DNA from: Meyerozyma guilliermondii
Lineage: Eukaryota
Direction of reading: 5' to 3'
DNA: 64,000 bases
Assembly (NCBI GenBank): GCA_051546255.1
Contig: CP128815.1
Coordinates: forward strand, 1,302,001-1,366,000
The notes under the pieces are model-generated. The model worked only from the letters and a program-made list of their open reading frames with translations, was not told the DNA's origin and did no database searches. Position numbers and translations under genes: made by a program. Shown here one piece after another: positions 51,801 through 61,711 of the stretch. Within the stretch, counting starts at the first letter, position 1. Every line of letters starts with the position of its first letter.

Positions 51801-52056
51801 TCCAATCACCCCAGTTTCGTCCATAATCAGAGGTCCTACCTTTGTTGAACAGGAATGGGACCAACAAATATCCACATTTATCGATAATGTTAACAGTGGC
51901 TGGACAGGAATCTTGAAGCTCAACCAAGCATTGTATGATCCCAAATCGTCATACGAATTCTTTTCGTCTTCCGACTGGTCCTCCAGCTACTTGGATGATG
52001 GACAGAGTAGAACGTGGAGTTTGGCGTTCTCAGGTGGTGTTTCCAACCTGATTTGA
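48814..52056 (+). CDS. ENG1: Secreted GH81 endo-1,3-beta-glucanase (cell separation)
   Basis: Signal peptide, Ser/Thr-rich region, PYETNKF, YNDHHFHYGY and DGRNEESSSED. Confidence 0.93.
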   Translation: MKGLGFTALAASIFLTGATAEETFTVTHTKYITPACFEQQFRTALDGNPESLTTGIPVVFRYANEGEDDQPEKFVSTEYLTHTKCSQKICFTSMETKQYTKTVSPTAKAQSEQVDTAKTTGNTITEKSIIQAASTATANSKAKSKGRSILYVYDTATNNNDVDETVTGAVRTTTKTIFKATETPEVIYKPSTSIETITQTMRDPLVTASSKSKELTRTIEESLITAGATISAVAKVPAANLLSNSTNAVFNSSLASTTSTIDLRISSTLLTVAPTNRAAAVSYGNSSTASSSIILAYSNLLSSAVSSASLVASASSSGLSSSALSSSGSPSSASSASSASSSSARKVKAAANGAYSGDLFKAIASDEPPSIFPRKELPLSIPQGVSNDNVPYETNKFFVNLFLGEQTDMIWSYPYGMYWKKTDYYGFAVQHTNKTNRVFGSSDTNNKGVDSYYFNPILDGELIFSATSLTKDANKLTVSNMKSMSALVQLSEDGDVSSNYIDIPVVQGMGFVSAIYHGDFVAELNSMVGFDQVTQETSSKLSSNVLKYRVKLFNGIEWLAYVTLPNGSTSDFKLSAKSSYSIEGSKAVDGLLLQIAVAPTSSSDEKYYDQAAGQYAVSASVEGQVSLGSSVSYSFKYETEGSSSSGKTIVFALPHHLDSLTGVTKQSSTGIQLTSTTKGDMTAFLTNELSFSETLTSSQVLFLPWTSQMTSALSYTKDQLQLLAKTANSELSVDINNAVNSVDSTYSSGKVLDKYAYILLVVSDIIGDDDVAKDTLAQLKDAFEVFTSNKQYYPFMYDTKFGGVTSTAAQNGDTGADFGAPYYNDHHFHYGYYVHAAAVVGYVDKKYGGTWAEDNKEWVNSLVRDVANPSEDDKYFPVSRMFDWFAGHSWASGLFSSGDGRNEESSSEDYNFAYGMKMWGNVIGDGAMEARGDLMISIMSKAMNKYFYYTDDNTVEPKEIIANKVSGIFFDNKVAYTTYFGSPSDHPEYVHGIHMLPITPVSSIIRGPTFVEQEWDQQISTFIDNVNSGWTGILKLNQALYDPKSSYEFFSSSDWSSSYLDDGQSRTWSLAFSGGVSNLI

Positions 52057-52136
52057 TGTATAGTAATTATGTAACTTTTATGGATAATGTCTCGAAATAT
52101 TTCAGCGCGAATTGTTCGCGAGTGTCAATTCTTACC

Positions 52137-53384
52137 ATGTTCTCCTTTGCTAAACGATTGGTAGATCGACTTGATGGCGCCCAGGGCCAGAACAAAACGG
52201 ATTCCTACTTCAAGAATGGATTCCTGATCAATAACAAAGGATATGGGCTTCGGGTGTTGAAGGTAACTCCTCATTCGATCGCACATCAGCATGGACTCGA
52301 GTCATGGTTCGACTATATAATACGAATTAACGGCCATGAGCTTCCTATGATGTATCCTTCGCTTTCCAACTACGCCTACAGCATCAATGATGATGGTCTG
52401 ATAAACTATGGAGGACAAACCACCTCAGAACAGGCGGGAATGATAAACACCGACTTGCTTCTCCAAGAATTATCGGCAATATCCAAGAACGAACATGCTA
52501 CAAAAGAGATCACTTTGGACGTGTGGAGTGCTAAGGGTGGCATTATTCGTCAAGTACGCTTGCCATTGAACAAACCAGATGAATTAAAAGACGAAACCAG
52601 TGTAGACTCGTCCAAATTATTTTATGGTTTATTTGCCGAAATCGGTGTTGTTCTTCTGTCGCAACACTTGAACACCGCCACCTATGTATGGCGTATCCTC
52701 CAGACTCATATGGGGTCCCCGGCTTTCCAGGCTCAATTGGTGCCATACTCCGACTATATCATAGGCTGCGATTCTGCGTCGCCTGATGAGCCCCAAGGTC
52801 AAGGACTTTTAACCAGTGGTGGTGAAGCGTTGTTGTCCAGGGTTGTTTTGAACTACTACAACCAACATTACCTGAAAACAAACGACGATTTCGTACCAAT
52901 TACATTATATGTCTACAATCATGACTACGATATACTCCGACCTGTGACTGTCAACTTGTCTCGCTCGTGGGGTACCGGCCATAATAAGGGTGTGCTTGGC
53001 TGTGACGTCGGTTATGGGTTGCTCCATCGAATTCCTGAGGTGATAGGCAAGTTTGGAAACCACGAAATTGTGGACGATGTGCTCTTTGAGAATAAGGAAG
53101 AAATTGCTTACAATTTGAATCCACCAGCAGAAACCAGTCCTGCTGTTCCTGCCACGCCTGCTCCAGGTCCCGATGCGTTTGTACCTTTAAGTGCTGGGGC
53201 TGCTCCTCCGCCTCCTAGAGGGGCCGCTAAAAAGAAGAAGCATGCTGCTCCAACGGGTGGTTTGGGTGATCTTCAGGATTACATGAATGAAGAATTGGCT
53301 AAGTCAAAAGAGCAGGATGTCACCGCTGGGTCCAGCTCGCCAACGAAGGACTCGGTACCTCCTCCTCCTCCAATAAGTAACTAA
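52137..53384 (+). CDS. GRH1: GRASP55/65 homologue Grh1
   Basis: MFSFAKRL start, ESWFDYII, LVPYSDYIIG and LGCDVGYGLLHRIP. Confidence 0.92.
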   Translation: MFSFAKRLVDRLDGAQGQNKTDSYFKNGFLINNKGYGLRVLKVTPHSIAHQHGLESWFDYIIRINGHELPMMYPSLSNYAYSINDDGLINYGGQTTSEQAGMINTDLLLQELSAISKNEHATKEITLDVWSAKGGIIRQVRLPLNKPDELKDETSVDSSKLFYGLFAEIGVVLLSQHLNTATYVWRILQTHMGSPAFQAQLVPYSDYIIGCDSASPDEPQGQGLLTSGGEALLSRVVLNYYNQHYLKTNDDFVPITLYVYNHDYDILRPVTVNLSRSWGTGHNKGVLGCDVGYGLLHRIPEVIGKFGNHEIVDDVLFENKEEIAYNLNPPAETSPAVPATPAPGPDAFVPLSAGAAPPPPRGAAKKKKHAAPTGGLGDLQDYMNEELAKSKEQDVTAGSSSPTKDSVPPPPPISN

Positions 53385-53425
53385 TTAACGAAAAATCAGT
53401 AGATTTGTAGAATCTCGAAAAAAAA

Positions 53426-53497
53426 TGCCCACTGTCGGAATCGAACCGACGATCGCTCCATTACGAGTGGAGCGCCTTACCACTTGGCCAAGCGGGC
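53426..53497 (-). tRNA. tRNA-Thr(CGU)
   Basis: Cloverleaf GCCCGCT.../AGTGGGC; anticodon arm CTCCA CT CGT AA TGGAG; GGTTCGATTCC; T-run terminator. Confidence 0.95.
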
Positions 53498-53666
53498 TTT
53501 TCGGTGTATATAAGCGACGGGCTAGCTACATCCGCCGTAAAGTCTCAACATCTACAACAACTACCTGAGTTTGTCTTTGCTTCATCCAATTACTTTTCAT
53601 CTTTTTTCGATCATTTCTTCAACAAGTTGACATTTTAGGTTTCAAGTGTTTCGAAACAAGTTCAAA

Positions 53667-54695
53667 ATGGCACTTTTTTGCACTCTTGGTATGTTTATAA
53701 TAGACGAGAACCGGTATCCCGCTTCCTCCAATCGTCCTAACGATTACGATATTATAGGTGGAGCCGGTCTGTACGCATTAATTGGAGCGCGCATTGTAGC
53801 GGGAGAAAAACAAAGTAAGTCGGTGTGCGCGATAATAGATAAAGGATCGGACTTTCCGCACCAAGTGGAGCGAGAATTACTAGCATGGAACACCGGAACT
53901 ATCTTCCGAGAAGACAAAACAAGATTGACTTCTCGTGGTGCCAATATCTACGATGAACAGGGTATACGTCATTTTGAGTATCTCGCTCCAAAAAAGAGAA
54001 TAGAAGCCAAGGATGTTGTGGCTAATGACTATCTTTTGCACTCCAAATGTTTCCATTTGATTTGTTCGGTAGACAGGTGCAAAGAATTGGTGGAGTCAAT
54101 TGGGGCTAATACTACTGAAAATCCTATATTTATCTACGAGCCATTACCAGACGACTGTATTTCTGAAAACTTTGATAAATTGCTGCAATTATTACCCCAG
54201 ATTGATATCTTCACACCAAACTTAAACGAGGCATGTCTGCTTGTGGGTGAAACAGAATTGCCAGACACTGAGGAAGGTTTGGACAAAATTGCATCTAAAT
54301 TCTCTCGCTATCTTTCCAAGCCTAAATCTGGCCTTGTCTTACGATGTGGAGCCCTTGGTTGCTACGTGGATGCTGAGGGAACCAGCCAGTTATATCCCGC
54401 TTACCACCAGGATCAGAGCAAAGTTATTGATGTCACAGGCGGCGGAAACCTGTTTTGTGGTGGATTTGCAGTGGCCTATGTGCTCACAGGAAATTGGCAA
54501 ACTGCCGCAATTTGTGGAAATATCGTCAGTGGATGTATTATAGAACGACTTGGCATGCCGAAAATGGGCGTGGAGAATGGCAGAGGTGGTGAGACTTGGA
54601 ACGGTACTTCTTTTGAAGAACGTTTGAGAATATATGCCGAGAAGAACCCAGCTTTAAATCTCGGTGATCTTCTTCTGTCTTCTTCAAAGCAGTAA
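53667..54695 (+). CDS. MAK32: PfkB-family protein Mak32
   Basis: TLGMFIIDE, IIGGAG, FTPN..EA and DVTGGGN(S)FCGG. Confidence 0.85.
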   Translation: MALFCTLGMFIIDENRYPASSNRPNDYDIIGGAGLYALIGARIVAGEKQSKSVCAIIDKGSDFPHQVERELLAWNTGTIFREDKTRLTSRGANIYDEQGIRHFEYLAPKKRIEAKDVVANDYLLHSKCFHLICSVDRCKELVESIGANTTENPIFIYEPLPDDCISENFDKLLQLLPQIDIFTPNLNEACLLVGETELPDTEEGLDKIASKFSRYLSKPKSGLVLRCGALGCYVDAEGTSQLYPAYHQDQSKVIDVTGGGNLFCGGFAVAYVLTGNWQTAAICGNIVSGCIIERLGMPKMGVENGRGGETWNGTSFEERLRIYAEKNPALNLGDLLLSSSKQ

Positions 54696-54720
54696 AATAT
54701 CATAGGTAAAGTACATTATA

Positions 54721-56622
54721 CTAGTTTTCTTTCTGTATAGTGGCATCTGGAGAAGGACCAGGAGTGGATTCGGATTTAGCTTCATCCTCTATTCCAGCTT
54801 CCGTATGCGAGTCATCGGCTTCTTCCTCGGTATCCGTGTGAGAGCCATCAAATGAGTTCGTAACAGGCACGTTATCTTCGTGATACAAGCGGCGCAAGAT
54901 CTCGCGCCTATCGGTCCAGCTTCTAAGTTTCTTTCCATAGATGTAAAGAGGTATGCCAAAAAGACTCACAAATAGCTGGACCATGCCGTAGGCAATGAAA
55001 ATATTCCTACCGCCTCTTGCACTGTATGCTGCGTTGTTGAAGATGGAAAAGATAAATCCTAGAAAGTTCTTCAAAAAGTTAAACGAGACCAATGCCTCGG
55101 CAGCAAACATCTTGTATGAGTCAACCGTAAATGTAATAGCTGTTGTCGATGCCATCGAACTCCCGAAAGAGAGACATCCAAAGAATATGACGGGGCCTGC
55201 CCACATATCCTCGGCTTGAGCCGACCAGCCGTAACCAATAAGGCCAAATGAGATGAAGAAAGTTGCTGGGATCATCATAATGAGTCTAAATTCTGGTTCA
55301 TAAATTCCATGATTCTTGGAAACCAAATATCTTGAGAGTCTGTCGCTAATGAGTCCCGTGCACATAGAGCCCAAAATACCACCTATGAAGGGAGATATGT
55401 AGAAGAGCCCAATAGTTTGTTGGGTGTATCCGTATGCTTCGCCATGGAAAATCTCGGCGATGGTCTCGGAAATCACAATCAACCATACAACAGCCAAAGA
55501 ATAAATGAATGATCCAAAGAGTACCGATGGGTACGTGTAGAGGAAAAATGGCCGTAATGCCACCATCCACCAGCTGTCAATGGTATGGCGGCCATCAAAA
55601 ATAGCTAGGGATTTCCAGTATGGCTTTGGAGCGGCAGGGGTATGCTCTGGTGGTGGAGGCTCGGTGATGGCAACGGGGGCTTCTACTTGGGCAGAAGGGG
55701 CTATGCGGGAGGTGTTGACCACAGAAGATGATAAACTTTCCACTTCTAAAACGTTATCTGTGGTTGCCCTATGGAGGGCAAATGCATTTGGACGGCGTTC
55801 AGGGGGGTTATAATTGGCCACATTATGTGCCGCTTCAGTCTCTTCCAATGAACGCTTGTTGGGAGTCGGTGACCTTTCCCAAAATGTCTCTGGGACAAAG
55901 AAAAATGTCAAGAGAAGGTTCATACCGAGGAACATAGCAAGGATCCAGAAGAGCCAGTGGCGGTCCAACAGTTCGAACACAAGCCCTGACAATAACGGAA
56001 TGATATTTTTTCCTCCAAGCATAAGCATGGTGTAAATTCCCACTCGGTAGGCTCTCTCGTGAGCAAAGTAAATTTCGGCTATAGTAGCACTAGGAAGAGA
56101 TTCTGTTGGTGAAGCACCGAAACCGGTGATGATTCTACCGGCCATGAGGGCCCCAAACGACTTAGCAGCTCCCGCCACGATAGAACCTACGAAAAAGATC
56201 AAGATTCCCATCAAATAAACGAATCTTTTTCCATATAAGATAGCAGTTGGACTTGCAAAAACTGAGCCTGTACCAAGCGCCAACATGAAGCCACCAACTA
56301 GGTATGCCACCGTAGTGAGAGGCTTGTCAAATTCAAGATGAAGCGAGTTCATACCTGCTGCAAGCAACGGGGACTGACCGCCTCCAAGAAAAGTTTGAAA
56401 TCCCACAATCAACAAACACAAATCTCGTTTCCACATCGGCCAGTTTAAAGGATCATTTGGGTTATCCTGGGGTTGAGGGTGTAATATAATACCGGTGACT
56501 GACCGTTTCAATGCGACGGAGTCTTGATCGTTCAGAACTCCGGAAACGGTATCGTTATCCATCATGACGATGGAACCCGTCACCTGGCGTGCGCGTGGCT
56601 GCTTGATCCCTAGACGAGACAT
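54721..56622 (-). CDS. MFS (DHA1-like) transporter related to the Hol1 polyamine/cation importer
   Basis: IILHPQPQDNPNDPLNWP, EIYFAHER, FVPETFWER and GIYEPEFRL; about 12 TM segments. Confidence 0.8.
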   Translation of the reverse strand: MSRLGIKQPRARQVTGSIVMMDNDTVSGVLNDQDSVALKRSVTGIILHPQPQDNPNDPLNWPMWKRDLCLLIVGFQTFLGGGQSPLLAAGMNSLHLEFDKPLTTVAYLVGGFMLALGTGSVFASPTAILYGKRFVYLMGILIFFVGSIVAGAAKSFGALMAGRIITGFGASPTESLPSATIAEIYFAHERAYRVGIYTMLMLGGKNIIPLLSGLVFELLDRHWLFWILAMFLGMNLLLTFFFVPETFWERSPTPNKRSLEETEAAHNVANYNPPERRPNAFALHRATTDNVLEVESLSSSVVNTSRIAPSAQVEAPVAITEPPPPEHTPAAPKPYWKSLAIFDGRHTIDSWWMVALRPFFLYTYPSVLFGSFIYSLAVVWLIVISETIAEIFHGEAYGYTQQTIGLFYISPFIGGILGSMCTGLISDRLSRYLVSKNHGIYEPEFRLIMMIPATFFISFGLIGYGWSAQAEDMWAGPVIFFGCLSFGSSMASTTAITFTVDSYKMFAAEALVSFNFLKNFLGFIFSIFNNAAYSARGGRNIFIAYGMVQLFVSLFGIPLYIYGKKLRSWTDRREILRRLYHEDNVPVTNSFDGSHTDTEEEADDSHTEAGIEDEAKSESTPGPSPDATIQKEN

Positions 56623-56741
56623 GACTAAGGAGGAAAAGCGCTGGGGTATTTGTATAAATAGTCAACAATACTCAAATCAAACACGATTTGTTCTCCGCAT
56701 AACATGGAGTGCACGGTGGTGCGGCGCGCTTGGCATCGAGG

Positions 56742-56828
56742 TTATGAAGGAGGCTTGGCCAACGGAGGAGTAGAGCTTGATAAGAGGTTCATAAACATAT
56801 GAGACAAGCTAGCGTAGAAGGTGAACAT
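56742..56828 (-). promoter_or_regulatory. uORF MFTFYASLSHMFMNLLSSSTPPLAKPPS* upstream of the HOL1-like transporter
   Basis: In-frame ATGs at 56828, 56798 and 56792; ends CCT CCT TCA TAA. Confidence 0.6.
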
Positions 56829-57412
56829 TGAGCTAAGGATTGAACTTAGGGTGAGACTGAGCTGCTCAACATTTGTTACTTCTGTGTTCTTTGACACACT
56901 TTTGTCTCCACCTTCCTTATTGTTTCGCAGCCATGAGGTGCAGGTTGTGCGCGTCGAGGAACGATGGTACTATGATGGTGCCATGTCTAGTGAAGAGGAG
57001 TTTTTTGAGTAATTGAAGGGGGACACTTTCTTTCACTTTCTCTTCCACCTCTCCTCACTCTTCTCTTTCTTTTTTCAAATTTTGTTGAATAGTTTCTTTA
57101 AATGTCCTGGCATGAACCGCGGCCAAATTGCAAATTTAGGTAATTATGTATTATTAGAAACTTTTAAAATTGACTCCTTACTTCAGTTCCATGCTCTTAC
57201 ACACCCAACGCAATTAAGTATCTATCCCCAAATTCCCCAAAAGAAATCATCTTCTTTTTCTCTCCCTCTATTTTCAACCGCACCGCATTACTTTTCCATA
57301 AATGGCTGGCAGCAGCAAATCGTCAAGGACTGCACATAACACCACGCGTCAAGCTGTGAATTTCTAATTTGTTCAAGGTCCGACAATTTGCTCAGTGGTG
57401 GACTCTGTTAAT

Positions 57413-60177
57413 ATGACTACGGAATCTCCGCTGGTGTATATTGCAACGTATTCAAACGTAAGTATTACCTTGTGTACCCTGATAAATTTCCGAAACCTTC
57501 AAAACGCCTGATAAATGATTTTTTCCAACTTCGGCTATGGCTCAAGAAATCCTCGTTTTATAATTACTTGTCTACTATCTGTGGCCAGTAACTTGCATGG
57601 CAAGAAAACTCCGGCAGAGGATAGCGCTGCTAACCCGCTTACTGGTCATGATTTTTGTTGCTTGGTATATTTAATATTGGTGCCGGTTTCGTGCTCTGAA
57701 CCCTTCATGGCGCGAGGCATCCCGCGTCACAAACCACATTTTGCACCCAGTTACTAACTCAGACCGATGTGTACGAATGCTGCATCAACGACTCGCCCAT
57801 AATGCGACGGGTTAAAGACAATTGGGTCAACGCTACGCAAATTTTGAAGTGTTGTAATTTTCCCAAAGCGAAGAGAACGAAAATTTTGGAAAAGGGGGTC
57901 CAACAAGGATTACACGAGAAAATCCAAGGTGGATACGGAAGGTTCCAGGGGACTTGGATTCCATTGGAAGATGCCCAACAGTTGGCAGCGAACTATGGTC
58001 TTTCTCCAGAAATGGCCCCCGTGTTGTATCTTGACCTCGATATGAATACGGTTCTTCCCAAAAAGGCACGCCAACTTAACAAAGATGGCACCCCCGTAAA
58101 GCGCAAGTACGTAAAACGAAGCAAGCCTGGTGACACACCGTCAAAGAAACCTCGAAACGACATGGATTCATCAATGAACCAGGAGGCTTATCGTATGCAA
58201 CTAATGGCGGCCGCTCAACCCAGACCGGGCCCTACGCCTGCACCAATTCCGCAAACTGGTATGCCCTATCAAAATTACCAAAATGACTTCATTGGTGGTA
58301 TGGTACCACCAGCAGTCTCCCAATCGTCAATTCAAAGTGAGTACCAAAACTATCAACTCCAATTTCAACGAATGCAACAACAACAACAATCTCACCCACA
58401 GCCAGCGCTTCCACAGCAGGCTTCCTTTTACCCACCCCAGCAGCCTATGTTAAACTATCAACACACCAAAGCTTCACTGTCGCAGTCTACAAACGAAACA
58501 AACTGGTCCTACGATGAGCACAAGGACTCAGACACGTCGGAATCATCCAATGACGGCACCAAAGGCAAGAACACTGAATCTTACGCTTCCCAGATACTAA
58601 GATTTTTCACCGAAGAAAATGCACCCGTTCCATTTTTCATCCATAACCCACCATACGATTTCAACATCAATGAAGCAATAGACGACGAGGGACATACTGC
58701 CCTTCACTGGGCAGCTTCCATTGGAAATTACCATATGACCCACCTTCTCATTTCCAAAGGTGCTAACCCATTGGAAGTGAACAACTTTGGACTCAATCCA
58801 TTGTCAAAGTTGATCCTGTTTAATAACTGCTTTGAGATGAAGAACTTTCCAAAGATGTTAGATGAATTGGAACTATGTCTAATCAACACCGACAGCAATG
58901 GCAGGACGCCGATTCATTATTTATGTCAATTCTCTTCCATGGAGTCAAAGTATGAGAGCTTTCGCTATTACTTGAGTGTGATGGTGGCCAAATTGACGAG
59001 CATACTGCGTGCCGATGCCAACTCAGTTAACTTGTTGAAAAACGTTCTTGACCATCAGGATGTGAATAGAGATACTTGCTTGCATTTGGCCGCAAGAGCA
59101 GGCTCGGCAAAGCTTGTGAGAAAGCTCCTTAGCCATGGGGCAAGAGATGATTTACCAAACGTTCAAAACGAGACCGCCAAGCAATTGATAATGAAGCTCA
59201 ACATCATGGGCGACAATTCGAATCAACTGCTCTTGGTAACTCCAATGCAACCTCTGTACAATGCGATACATACACCCGATACGCAGCGCACAACCTTACA
59301 AGAAGAGGGAGATGACGACAAGATCAAGCTCGACGACAACAAGGAGAATATCTTTATGGATGAAACCATGAAGTCGTCTTTTGAAGCTATGTCAACACCC
59401 ACGCCAGATAAGAATGGACTTCACCCCACAAATAGACCATTAACGATAATATCTGAGCGAACAGTCGAAAGCACACCGATCAAGGGAGAAGACCACAAAG
59501 TATCACTAGGAGCTGCCATAACCCAGACCTATTCACCGCACCCTCCGAAGTTAGACAAAGATGGGAAAGTTGTCGAAGATCATGGCAGCAGAAAGTTGTC
59601 TATGCAAGATCTTTCTTCCATGGTGAATGGGATGCTCAATGCACTTTCAGATTCGTATAACCTGCAATTGGCGAAGCTCAAACAGCAGCAACTTACGCTT
59701 GAATCCACTATTGCTGAGAAGAGGGAGATAAATGAAAAGTCGGAGCAATGGTTGAACACATTATTCCAGACCTATTTCGATCACGTGGAATCCAATGAAC
59801 AAGGCAAACAACTTACTGACGAAAAGATCAAGGAGTACGAGGACACTATCGGTATAAAAGTACAGTCATTGCAACGAACGTTGGAAAAGAAGGACGCATA
59901 CCGATTGGCCAATATGGTGGAAGTTCATGAAAGTCAGATAAATGATGAAACGTCACCAGATGACAGTAAGAAGTTTGAGCTTGCTACAAAGCTAACAAAG
60001 CTTCAGTACAAAAGGTCACGACTCCTAACCGACACTGTAGCAGCAATTAAGAATTACGGGATTGATTCAAAGCTCTACAAGTATAAGAAATTGATCAGTT
60101 TGAGCAGCAATTTGAAGGTGGAAGATATCGATGGGCTTATTGATGGCATAGAAGAATCCTTGATGGAGGCTTCCTAA
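57413..60177 (+). CDS. SWI4: SBF subunit Swi4 (APSES domain plus ankyrin repeats), exons 57413-57457 and 57763-60177
   Basis: Spliced product VYIATYSN-TDVYEC...IMRRVKDNWVNATQILK...HEKIQGGYGRFQGTW; ankyrin GHTALHWA. Confidence 0.88.
57458..57762 (+). other. Spliceosomal intron of SWI4 (305 nt)
   Basis: GTAAGT donor and TACTAACTCAG end; the phase-0 join restores the APSES N-terminus. Confidence 0.9.
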
Positions 60178-60300
60178 CAAATTATATGTATAGATGGTGT
60201 AATGAAACGAGCCAGTTCTCTGTAATATGCAGTTTTAAGTTGTAACTTTCGCAGTCGAAATAACAATTCGCATTCAGAATTTACAAATCGTCTCAACTTG

Positions 60301-60759
60301 ATGATATCCAATAGAATAGATTTGGGCCCTGAGGAGCCCAAAGAAACATTAGTCAACTTTCCCCAGTCCATAATGAGTGGCGTGACCAAAGAGGGAGGCT
60401 TGGTCTCTCTCACATTCAAGTCTATCAAAACAGCTGATTTGGTTGAGAATTTGGATATGATGCGCCAATCGCTAATACGGCCCACTGACGAGTTTTTGCC
60501 CACGAGAATATCCAGCGATGAATTTGACCCAGAGCAAGTAACACTGAGGATAACTAAGGCGGCTCAACCTATCGAATACGTTCTGGAAACCAACGAAATA
60601 TCATCTTTGCATCAAAAATTACAGAATAACGACGCCGATGTAGGCGAATTGTTAACTAAAAAGGTCGAAAACAATAGCTCCAAACTGCTTGTCGTGGCAG
60701 AGACTAAGGTAATGTCGGTGAATTACAACATAAAAGTTGAGGTTGCCCCAGACCAGTGA
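60301..60759 (+). CDS. Hypothetical protein (152 aa)
   Basis: ORF fills the SWI4-UBC8 gap with globular-like composition; family not recognised. Confidence 0.55.
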   Translation: MISNRIDLGPEEPKETLVNFPQSIMSGVTKEGGLVSLTFKSIKTADLVENLDMMRQSLIRPTDEFLPTRISSDEFDPEQVTLRITKAAQPIEYVLETNEISSLHQKLQNNDADVGELLTKKVENNSSKLLVVAETKVMSVNYNIKVEVAPDQ

Positions 60760-60806
60760 TATCATTAGCATTCAGCTATTTAATGTGTATAATATGTATA
60801 AGGCTA

Positions 60807-61418
60807 CTAAATTTCCATGTCGCCTGCAACGTCATCATCACTAGATAAACTTCCCACATCGCTGAGCTCGTCATCGTCGTCATCATCATGAGCAACCTTG
60901 CCGTTGCCGTTGACATTACCGTTGCCATTGCCATTCTCTATAGGGTAGTTTTCGTCCTCATCATTAACTATGTTTTGAGCATACTGCTGCACGTACTGCT
61001 TCACGGTCGAGTTGTACTTGGCCTCGTCCTTGTTCATGAGCGTAGAAGCCTCGGTATTCAACGGATCGCTGGGGTTGGCGTAGCGGAGCAAATGAGGCAA
61101 GAAGTTCTCAAAAATGTTGACAAGGCCAAACATTGGCGACCATGTTTGGTTGATGACGTCAAGACACACAGACCCCGAGCTCTCGTCGATATTGGGGTGG
61201 AAGATTTTGTTGGTAAAACCAATCGACGGTGATTTGAGCGGATACTGATCCGGAAGCTCCACACGAACCTTCCATTTTCCGCCAGCATAAGGGGTATCTG
61301 AGGGACCATTAAATATGACATGGAACTGCTGGAGAGAATCGTTCACGAGAGCAACATCGTGGCCACTCATCATAAGGTCCATAACGTCCTTTTCTATACG
61401 TCTCTTGGGAGAACTCAT
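60807..61418 (-). CDS. UBC8: Ubiquitin-conjugating enzyme Ubc8 (UBE2H)
   Basis: [35 protein letters not shown] and an acidic tail. Confidence 0.93.
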   Translation of the reverse strand: MSSPKRRIEKDVMDLMMSGHDVALVNDSLQQFHVIFNGPSDTPYAGGKWKVRVELPDQYPLKSPSIGFTNKIFHPNIDESSGSVCLDVINQTWSPMFGLVNIFENFLPHLLRYANPSDPLNTEASTLMNKDEAKYNSTVKQYVQQYAQNIVNDEDENYPIENGNGNGNVNGNGKVAHDDDDDDELSDVGSLSSDDDVAGDMEI

Positions 61419-61711
61419 GGTGATAATGAAGGTCCTAGACCTACGATAAAATACGACTGTTTTGTTTGTATGGGAACTTGTTCGCAAATGGTGGCGAACT
61501 AGGAACTAAAACGGAGCGGTGGTAATATAAAAATATGTCAAGAAATGCAATAAGTTAAAAAGTGGGAAATAATAGTGGTCACAAGGGGGTCACTCGAGTG
61601 GGATTGCCTGCAGGATCGACTATCGGATGCGAAGTCGCAGCAAAACGGTTGCAACTTCCACTTTAAAGTTCATTACATTTATTATATACACTATATAGAT
61701 ATTAGGAGAAA

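Noticed and set aside
8914..53384. Partner genes BUG1/GRH1 (and RPN3/RPN7) in one window as a functional cluster
   Set aside because: They are 30-42 kb apart with many unrelated genes between, which is compatible with chance.
57458..57762. U1 snRNA, telomerase RNA or TPP riboswitch in the SWI4 intron
   Set aside because: It lacks the U1 ACUUAC 5' end, a template-like repeat, and the TPP CUGAGA/UGAU cores.
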